Assembly (NCBI GenBank): GCA_050230475.1
Contig: JBFLGF010000222.1
Span: 1 to 59,520 of the forward strand
DNA from: Ancylonema sp.
Taxonomy: Eukaryota
Direction of reading: 5' to 3'
Length of the DNA: 59,520 bases
The notes beneath the pieces are model-generated. The model was not told the origin of the DNA, ran no database searches, and saw only the letters and a program-made list of their open reading frames with translations. Both the position numbers and the translations under genes were made by a program. Positions 49,810-59,520 of the stretch are shown here, piece by piece. Position 1 is the stretch's first letter, and each line of letters begins with the position of its first letter.

Positions 49810-51972
49810 CACGGTTGCACGAAAACGGCAAAAATGCTTGCAAACGCCGTATTCCAAACGCGTACGTACGGAAAACGTGCGACCATTAAAAATCGCAAAC
49901 GACGTTTGCAAAATGTTTGCATTTGGAGACCGGTTTCAAACGTCTGAATTTGCAAACGTTTTGCAGACGCCTCTAGCGTACTTCTTCTTTTTAGATGTAG
50001 TACACATGTGGTAACTAACGTGCGGAAGTTTGTAAAACTCTTTACCATTGGTTCATGACGTTTAAATTAAAACATAACCGATGTTTAATGAAACTTCCGT
50101 CGTACCCTCATATAGCCAGAACGATCTAGAAGTATCCAAAGATCTCAGGTTCCGGGGTATTCGACAGCCGCCTAGATGAAAAAAATAAAAAGCAAAAAAA
50201 AAAACAATACGCAAACATTTGCATCCGTACAACCCGTACAAGTTTGCCACATTTCACGGACGTATTTCAAACGTTTGCGATCGCAAACCATTACATCCAT
50301 ACTGTCCGTACGACGTTTGCATTTGCCAGGGACGGCAGATTGCTCTCGGCCCCGTGCGAAAAACGGGCCGTGCGGAAAATGGCCCCCGTCCCGGTGCAAC
50401 TACAGTGCACTCTCGATATAGTGAGAAAAAAACCAGTTTTATAGACATGTGGATTTCATGTCATTATATCGAATGCTAGGGCTATCACTATACATTGTAT
50501 AGTGACATTTGATAGGACGACAATAGGCAAATGTCACTACATCGAGAGAAAGTGAAATTCAGGTCGATACTGTTAACGGAGGTGGCTCATCTAAACGGCT
50601 CTTGTTATAACATCCTCCCGCTATACCGTATTGGGCACCGTAAATGAATTTTAATTAATTATTGTAACCCGAAAGTAATCATTTAAATTAATTACTAAAT
50701 GGTACATTAAGGATACTCAAAATCATTAATAAAAACCGTTTTAGAAATCATTTACGGGAAATTCGGGGTCACCTGGATGTGACTCTGTATGTGATGAAAC
50801 GTGCTACACGACAAAGCAGGCACGTGCAAAAGGACACATTTTTTGGACGAGCGACATTAACGACAACATAAACTACGTACAGGGCCCTAAAGCCCCACGA
50901 TATGGGAGATATTACCGATTAGACGCGCTACACGACAATATGAAACCATGAATAACGACAAAGTTGTGGCAGGTCGAGATATCACGAGTAGTACGAGGGC
51001 TAGCCACGTGACTTGTGACGTCAAAATGTACGGTAAATATGTAAGAATGACCCATATGCCGGTGGATAACGACAAATCCATTGAATTTCAATTCCCACGG
51101 AAGGAAATCTTTTACGCTTTTCATTCCTACTATCCGGAATCACCCCCAAAAATCATTGATAATATCCACAGATGAGTCTTTGGAGTGTGCGTCTCGCACG
51201 TGTTCCGCATGCGTGCGCTCGCGCACGCGTGCCACACGCGTGCGCAAATCTCGCGCGCGGTGCTGACCCAGAGGCGTTAAAATTATATTATTATCCCCTA
51301 GGGGGGGGGGGGTACTTCCTACACCCCAGGGGTGCCGGGATGTTTCCAAAATCATGAAATGTATTTGGTGATCCGGTTACAACGTGGCAGTATTCAATTT
51401 AGGGCCTAAGACGTTATATCGAAATGGGTCAGTACTCACTACTCAGTCAAATTTCGACGTCCGAAGTCGATTATAGAAATTGTCCCGGTGCGGCACGCGG
51501 GCGTTAGCGCACACGGGCGGCACGCGTGCGCAAATCTTGCGCACGGTGCTGACCCATCTATGATAATAACTAACATATTCATGGAATCATTATGAGACAT
51601 CGTTTAGGGTGCCGAGTACGGTGGTTAAACTTGTCTACATGACTAATGTTGGAACCATTAAGAACAAATGGAATTAGACTGGTTATTCATTTACGCGTCA
51701 CATTTTGGGTAAAGACAATTCCGGCGGAATATTATGCGTTAAAATAGAGAGCTTGTTAATTTTCACAGTATAAATAAAGACAGGTTTCACCGTATAGTGA
51801 CATCGCAATACAAAACTCTAGGAATTTTTGGTCACTATAACGTGTGTCACTATAGCGATTGTCACTATATAGAGTAGGTTTTTATATAGGATTAGAGAAA
51901 GGGCAAAAAAAATGTCACTATATCGCGATTGTCACTGTACTATATGTCACTAAATAAAGACTACATTGTACG
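49810..51972. mobile_element. hAT-like MITE (body 49810-50402) whose right TIR is split by a pogo-like insertion
   Basis: Left end CACGGTTGCAC, right end GTGCAACTA|..|CG. TTGCAAACG subterminal repeats. Degenerate TSD ATGAAAAT (49802-49809) / ATGAAAGC (51973-51980). Confidence 0.6.
50403..51968. mobile_element. pogo/Tigger-like MITE with further internal insertions
   Basis: TA|CAGTGCACTCTCGATATAGTGA left end. GTCACTATA subterminal repeats at 50460-50545 and 51790-51955. Degenerate right end ..CATTG|TA. Confidence 0.7.
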
Positions 51973-53035
51973 ATGAAAGCACGATACATCTTTGTTTGGG
52001 GTTGGGATTTTAGGCCCTTGTCATACCGAGAGTAATTAACAAGGTTATAAAAGAAGCTCTTAATAATTATTTATTATTTCCCGCCTTTTTTCTCGGTGAA
52101 ATGTGACAATTCTTAGAGTCTTAAAAAAAAAAAACATAGGGCCTAAAATGGGTGTTATACAAAAACTAAACATAAAAATGGGACACTTACAAATATTAAT
52201 GACCTATAATTAGGGGTTGGATTATAAATCTTCGTTCGTATAAATTCGGTTTTTACATCCTTCCGTAGATGCTGTTCATTAATTTTAATCCCACTTTCGT
52301 TCAGGTGAGCGTGAGCGTGAACTTTAGGTGGCCGTTACGTTTTTTCCTTGTTTTTTGCCGTGGACACTAAACGCTGTGAAGGTTTCGTTGTCGGGTTGGT
52401 GTCTCTCGCACTTTGATAACGACGTAAAGATATTTTATGATCGGTTGATAGGAGTAACGATCTTTATGAGAATCTGGTGGCTCAAATTTTGGGAGCATAA
52501 CGCAAGGTTCATTGATATATGGTGAGACGACATCGGACTCTCGAAACCCTGTACACAATGAATCGTAGTGCATTGGGTTTCGCAAGTTCGTTATCGTCTC
52601 ACCATATAGCCTCAAGGATGCTACAAGGTGGTGTTGCAAAGATGTCGGGTGAATATCGTTTTGATTTATTGTTTTTTGTTTGTTTTTTCCCCCTTCTCAT
52701 ACAACTTCTCAACGGATGCATGGTAAGAGAAAGTAAGGAACTATGTGCATGATTTATAATTTACAATAATCAACAAATGTAATCACATATGCTATACATT
52801 CTAAATATTATCCATGGTTTGCCATCAACCAACTTTTGTGTAAATTTTCCCAAAAAGACACAGTGAGACGAAAATTGGTTAACGTCAGCCCCACCCCTTA
52901 GTCGCACCCCCCTAGCAGATTTTTCTAGCCCCACCCTTAGCCCCACCTCTTTTTTTTTTTTTTTGGGGATAGTGCACAAGATAATGCGCCACCCCAAAAA
53001 CGGTTGATGTCAAATTTTACAGAATGTAATAAGGG

Positions 53036-53220
53036 GTATATGCATGTATGTGTGTATGTAAGTATGCATGCGTATTTGTAAATGTGTATGCACTTATGTC
53101 TTTATTATGTACGTATGCGTGTGTATGTGTGTAAGTATGTATTCGCGTATGTATCTATTTGATGTGTATATATGAGCATGTTTCGGTATGCATGTATGTA
53201 TGAAAGTATGTATGTATGTC
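53036..53220. repeat. Degenerate (TATG)n microsatellite
   Basis: Long run of tatg/tgtg variants. Confidence 0.85.
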
Positions 53221-53243
53221 TTATAAATGTTTTTGTTTATCTT

Positions 53244-54439
53244 TGTCATGACGCCAGAGATCGTTTAGGGTCAAACCCCTTTGTAATAATATCCAGACCT
53301 TTCTAGTAAAATACCTTGTTATGAGCAACCAGATTCGATATAGCGATTTCATGATTTTGTGTGAAGTTAGAATCAGTACTCCGCAAAATCCAACAACTTT
53401 GTGTAAACTCGAAAATAACGCGTGGCGTGTTTTCCGAGTATAATATCCAGCAATCGTACAATTTGGAGTGCGTGTCGACTTTTCAGAGCTTAGCGCAATT
53501 TTGTTATCGACGATGATATTTCTGACTTGTCGATATTATCCCGGCGATAAAATCCAGCCGTAGAATACTTGACGTCTGAATTTGTAGCGCCAAGATTAAA
53601 TAATAGAAATGAGTACAGCACCTATCGATTAACCATGTCGATTAACTCTAGTTAGTTTAATGATTTGACGATCGTAGCATAAAGACATTTTAATTGTACA
53701 GTTCTACCAGCTTCCGCTGTCAGATTGCGCCGTCAAGAAACTTTCAAGATATTTTCTCATAAATCGTGTCAATTGTGTTATCTAAATTCTGCAACTCTTG
53801 ACCGGCGCCAGTTCTTGCCATCATCTTTGTGTCTTGTCTACGATTGCTCGTACAACTACCGTCGACGAATTTTGTAAGTTGACCGAAGTGACCTTCGCAA
53901 CTTCCTATCAGTACTTATGTTGTTTCGCTGACGCTCTCATTGAGCCAGCCTGTAAACTTGTTGTGTACCATCACATCTTTATGCTTACGCTCTTACTGAG
54001 CCAGCCATAATCATACATCACATTGCTGACGCTCTTACTGAGCCAGAACTACTTTTGTCGATTTACATCGATTCGCTGACGCTCATACCTAGCCAGTACG
54101 ATAACGACGCACAACCACTTGCTGACGTTCTAACTGAACCAGCACATCACATCCATCCATTACCATCTGTCAACGCACCGTTTGACAGCCGAACTTTCTA
54201 CTCAAAAGTTTACCTTTTGCCTGTCGACCTTAATATTCGACACCAGAATATTATGTTTACCATCAATAATCCTTTCCATACTTTTCATTGTTGATAGTAA
54301 TTGTCGATTCGCCCTCGGCTTCTAGTAGTGTTCCACACATTCACGCCCGAGAAAGTGTGATAGAACTAGCGTAACACCTAGTTATCAGCAGAGACTCAAT
54401 CTGCAACCCAACTTAGTGAGAGCAGCAGAGCCATACTCC
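53244..54439 (+). mobile_element. LTR-like unit 1 of a Gypsy-type family, interrupted by unit 2
   Basis: Starts TGTCATGACGCCAGAGATCGTT, homologous to TGTCATGCCGCTAGAGATCGTT at 54440. Colinear shared blocks: CCAGCTTCCGCTG, GCACCGTTT, GACCTTAAT and a terminal hairpin. Confidence 0.65.
53927..54142. repeat. Array of five 22-nt palindromic repeats with unique spacers
   Basis: Consensus GCTGACGCTCTTACTGAGCCAG at 53927, 53983, 54025, 54075 and 54121. Spacers are 34, 20, 28 and 24 nt. Confidence 0.85.
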
Positions 54440-57400
54440 TGTCATGCCGCTAGAGATCGTTAGAAAGTAAAGTCTTTTTAATTGTTGATCCGCTTGAAAA
54501 ATAGCAATTTCGGTAATTGTCGATTTTTAGTCGTTATAACGTTATATTGAACTCTGTCGTTATATGAGGTTCAATCAGTCAGACGTTTGATTTGATAAAT
54601 TTTTTATACTCAGTCAATCTAGAAAAGTCGGTGTACCACTTTTTATATTTTAATTCGGAGCGTATCGACGAGTTAGTAGATTCCCAGTGCGCGCCGAGCT
54701 TTATCTCAGTCAGCCAGCCTGGCGTTTTGACCGCCGCACGTGTTAAATTAAATCTAGAATAATAGACAGTCACGATTAGCTGTCTAGTCGATTTTTTTTT
54801 TCTACCATACATCAAGATAAGATCTAGATTACCGCGAGTGTGAAACGGCGCGTCGATTGTACTAAAGCCTAAGTCGCTTTCTGAACTGCCAGCTTCCGCT
54901 GCCAGTTTACGCTGTCTGAATTTCAACAACTCTTTGCGATCGCCATCTTTGCAATCTCTGTGAATTCGTGTATTCTGCAATCGTCAACAATCGTTATCAA
55001 GTGTGCCGTTTCGCCTTTGATATTCGCTATGAATTTTTGCAAACTTCGCGTCGCTCCATCCAGCCAGTTCTGCGAAATTGCCTGTGCTTGTGCGTGCTGT
55101 CGCATCTCAAGTAGTACAAATCGTGTGCTTCGCATACGCATCGTGTGGAATTCTGCTGTAGTCATAATTATCGCTACCCTTGCAAAATCGTGACCCTTGC
55201 AAGTCGTTGATTGTCAGCCGTTTTGCTGACGAGAAATCGTTACAATTAGCTGCACCGTTTTGTGCGAGCTCAGTCAGACAACACCCTTTGAATTGCCTGC
55301 CCCGTTCCAAGATCTAGTGAATCGTTTTATTCACGACAACGTTTGATTCCCGAAACCAATAGTGATTGCGCATCCCGTCGCAACCAACTATCATTCATTA
55401 TGCACCCTTGTAGAAATTCTATAGTTATTTGCCTTGCGTTCTCTTTATTCCGTAGCTGTCACCTGTTGTGAAGTACGATAACGTGCAACGCCTGATTTGA
55501 CCTTAATGTTGTTTCTAGACCTCCCACCACTAAGCATTGAGTGCATCTCTCAGCTCTTTCGGCGAGTAGTAGCTACGGCAAACTTCGTTGATAAGTCACA
55601 TACCGTGCTTGAATTACATTCTTGTGTGGTCAGTAGGGATTCAACCTACACCAAATTACTCTAAACTGACCAGCGGAAGAGCTTCTTCGCATCGAGGTCT
55701 GCAGTTTTCGACAGGCACGAAACCAGGATTTTATTTTATTTTCCGACCCCGTGACCTGTCACCCTTGGTTATTCTCAGCACCCTGGCTTTGGACATATAC
55801 CATACGAATACTGGCATAGTAGTCACTGTTCATCGACCGCAACCAGAGAAAAAAATTATGGATTACCTCACCGGCGTACTAGATTTTGGCATTCTAGTGT
55901 ATGCAGTGGACAAGAGACCAATCCAACCGTTTGATTAAGGTTTCACCCGACAGTCATTTGAATTCTACTCTCGCGAATTTATAAAATTCAGAGTCAAACA
56001 ACAACCTCCGTCACCTCGAAACCATCTTACTAATCAATCTATTTGACGAAGAACCTGTAGACGTTTTTCTTCAACTAGGTGGACCTTCAGCAGAGGTTAT
56101 CACAGGCACAACACCCGTTGTTGTGGTTCCGACAATACCCTTTACTGTCACCTCGGAAATTATTTTTGACAACAGTATAGACGACATGTCTGAACATAAA
56201 GTACCCTTGTATTCTGGCGAGGTTGGTGACAAATAGGAAATATTTTAGATACAATACTTCTAACGAACGGAACGGACATGTTCAGTGGGACACCATCAAG
56301 TATGCAGATCAATTCACCAAGGGTATTGCACATGATGTCTGGAAGAAATTTAGAAAAGACAATCTTGGTGACGCAACCCTTATGACAGCTCGTGACACCC
56401 ATCGGGAGAAGAACTCTTAAATGTACTACTGGAGAACACAGGGTAGATTCCTAGCCACCCCTATGGTTCGACCGACGCCTCTACCTGGAGAACTCACTCA
56501 ATTCTGCAAAGAACTCCGAGACCGATTCCGAAAATCTATCAGTGAACAGATCACCAAAATCCAGAACTTCAAACCCTTGTGAGCCACTGAGTCTGTCTCC
56601 TCTTTGTACAGTCGCTTCAAAGAACCTGCACAAATCGTGGTAGAACATAAGGCAATGACAACGGAACAAGTGGTCGTCAAACTGAAGAAAAATCTACTAG
56701 ACGGAGTTCGAGAACTGGTTGATATTTGGTAGATCCAGGAAACCGAGAAGAAATTATATGAGACGACGCCGACACCACCCATCTCCGTCGAGGATCTCGT
56801 GTTAAAAGCTGATAGGTTTGAACTCACCCTCACCAAAGTTGGCTCTGAGTACCGAGCAGCAGGAGAGGTGGGACCTCAGCTCCAGTCGACATTTGGCGCG
56901 CTCAAGCTTAACCAGGGGACTACATCCACTTCCCTGCGTCACGTCAGTTTTTCCGCAGATCTCCCGAGATCTCGACCTGACAAGCCGATTGAGTGTTACA
57001 ACTGTCACCGGCAGGGACACTACTCTAGAGAATGTCCCTCACCCCGGAAAGATAAACCATCGACAAATTCACCACTCTCGTCGACACGTCCTAACCCTTC
57101 ACCTTCGTCAGCTACGGCAATGGTACTATTTAAAGGTGGCAATTACGGACAATCACCAGAGAATCAAAAGAAGTTACCACGGACACGGCAATACGGAGAG
57201 TCTGACTACACACAAGGGACTCACTGCTCACACTGTGGGGGGGTTAACCACGAAAGCCAAGCGAGCCAGTCAGAATCTCACCATTCATGTTGATGCATCA
57301 CCCCGTGCAGGTGCAACCATAACCGAGTGGGACAGCCGTGAGCCACCAACTTCGTACATGCATCGTCCCATCACCTCATCTCTGGCATACCTCGAGAATC

Positions 57401-59520
57401 CCATCACCTCATCTCTGACCTACCTCGAGAACCACGCGAAAGAAAGCACCAATCTCACCCCTAGTGAGACACACAAGGTACTTTACCCTGATCTCCCATC
57501 TCATTATATGATGGCACCATGTCGCTCACCCAGAGTTGCAGCCATTGTAGACAAGGAAGGACAGAGAAAGGAACAAAGGAAAAAGAGTGCTAGAGTCGTT
57601 GTATGCATTCGGCAAATCAGGGCTCACCTAGTGACGGTGAAAAACAACAGACTAAGGAACGGTCTCCTTCACCTACTAGAGATTCAGACACCCCAATTTA
57701 CCAAGATGCTCAGTCAGAACCACGGGAGTACCCCACTCCTCACCCTAAATCATTGTTGGAAACCGTTGCTAGAGAAGGAGAAGACTATGGTCGACGACAG
57801 GGATACAACACCAAAAAAATGCGCTTGATTATTTCGAACCACATTTTCCTTTGCAACTTAAACCCGGTACAACCAATCTGCAACACATGAATGATTCAGA
57901 TGTGCCACCACCCTTACCCTTGGTTAAAGCTCAGATTCACCATGATCGTCTTCATGAAATTTTGATGCAGCAACGAGCCATGGTTCAAGGAACGGAGTCA
58001 GCACTCCAAGAGGCAGCCGAGCTAGTGAACTTTATGCAAGACCCTGCAAACGCCCGTACCACCAACCCCGTCTTCCTCAAGAGACTCAACCCGTCTACCT
58101 GCTCACCACAACCGGTTGTCGAAGCATTACGGCATCACCATGTTGCCTAACCGACGAGGTGTGCTCCTCGTAGGCGATGTGAAACCCGTGGAAAATGTAT
58201 TGACACTGGTGCAAAAAAACCATGATTGGCGCCAACCTCACCAAACTCCTCCAACTCTCACCCGCTGACCTGCACCCCGGAGCACCATACATCACGGCGT
58301 TAGGAAAGATAGAGTTGAGTTTGGAGCAGTACCAAGGAGAAGATTCCCATCACTATTGGGGAAGGCATTGCTCACCCTTGCACTGTGCATCTTCACCTCC
58401 ATCTGTCACCACGACGGAGTTCGACATCATCCTTGGCAATTCGTTTATTTGCCCGATGGGAGGATACCCTGATTCGTGGACCGAGACATACATGTATCGA
58501 CCAGACTTCCGGACGGGAGGACATTGTTTGGCAGGCGTCCCTATTGCCATTCATGAGACCCACGACACTCCGGCGATCTACATGGCGCGCATGAAACAGT
58601 TTGCGCATCCTCCCGGCTCCAACCGTCACGGACTTCGGAGTCAGCACACTACACCGATAGAAGCAGAGGACGAGTGCGTCACGGTGGTTCCCACCACCGA
58701 TCCCACACCAATACCTCCGGTGGATCCTCTAGCACCTGAACACATGGAGTTGACTATTCTTGCACCCTTGGTCACCACCATTGCTGCACCCATGTCACCA
58801 CCTCCGGGCGTGGGATCCGACTTCATCACCCCAGTGTCATCTCTAGCACCTCGTTTCTCACCCTTTACGTCACCTATCTCGGAGTACAATGGACCACCTC
58901 GCTCTACCCTTAGTCGAGAGTTCGATTCATACTTTCGAGACACCCCCAGGAAACCACGTTCATCGAGAGGTCGTTCTCTACGCTCACCCGTGTTCCCGAC
59001 ATCACCATTGCATGCGGCGATAGCACCCTCGCAACCAAAGGGTAAGTTATCACCCACATGCATTCTTTTGCAAGAAACAATCGATGACACGATAGTGACA
59101 CCACTTGCATAAATTGCGGCACCACCCATTGCATCGATGCAACCACCTTCCCCACCCGTTACCACCACACCATCGACATCTAGAGGTATACATTTACCAC
59201 CCGCCAATGCATCACAACCAAGGCCAACACCAATGTACATGTACTTATCTGCTAATGTCGATGCAGATTCGGTACCTCGGGACACGGTGCGAACTCGATC
59301 TGAGGAGGGACCATTACAAGCACCCTTGCCATCTGAGAACCTTGGCAAAGGACAACAGACAAACCATCGACAAGAGCAGCTTCAACTTGACTTGCTTAAC
59401 CTCATGGCATTGGCTAACCACCTCCACATCGATCGATACGTCGACACCATGCTACAATGGTTCAACCCAGACATCTAGCTCACCCCGATTGAGCAACTCT
59501 ACATCATCCTCACCAGTCCA
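54440..59520 (+). mobile_element. Decayed Ty3/Gypsy-type LTR retrotransposon, 5' part (runs off window)
   Basis: LTR-like region 54440 to about 55710. Broken gag about 55858-57293 with CYNCHRQGHYSRECP knuckle. Aspartic protease CIDTGA (DTGA 58202-58213) and FDIILGNSF. RT and integrase are not in the window, so the superfamily call is inferred. Confidence 0.75.
57366..57431 (+). repeat. 33-bp in-frame tandem duplication in the gag-protease linker
   Basis: TCCCATCACCTCATCTCTG..TACCTCGAGAA x2, encoding PITSSL(A/T)YLEN twice. Confidence 0.9.

Noticed and set aside
53927..54142. Bona fide CRISPR array
   Set aside because: Eukaryotic LTR context, no cas genes, degenerate repeats and uneven spacers (20-34 nt). 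Kept only as a repeat-spacer finding.
55712..55732. PBS for the Gypsy-type element (GGCACGAAACCAGGATTT)
   Set aside because: Lacks the initial TGG and cannot be matched to a tRNA 3' end by eye. The LTR end is not defined.

Overview
Eukaryotic nuclear DNA from a green plant lineage, probably a streptophyte alga. This is inferred from a plastid-targeted CP12, a plant-type NAGS, an AtC3H6/PNUTS-like gene, a MATH-BTB gene and spliceosomal introns. Four apparently intact spliced genes were reconstructed by hand: a stand-alone COG1058/CinA-like putative FAD pyrophosphatase (-), N-acetylglutamate synthase (+, head-to-head with it), a PNUTS-like CCCH protein (+) and CP12 (-). Three genes are disabled: DUF4470-like/MYND, F-box/LRR-like and MATH-BTB. 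The rest is dense in transposons: nested non-autonomous hAT-like elements with 8-bp TSDs, pogo/Tigger-like MITEs, a full-length decayed Ty1/Copia (LTRs, PBS, PPT, 5-bp TSD), a truncated sister copy, and two related LTR-like units of a Ty3/Gypsy-type family, the second running off the window. The most unusual signals are in the Gypsy-type LTR: an array of five palindromic 22-nt repeats with unique spacers, whose antisense resembles the tRNA-Phe D-arm, and a hairpin with compensatory changes shared by both LTR units. All calls come from reading the sequence; no database searches were run.
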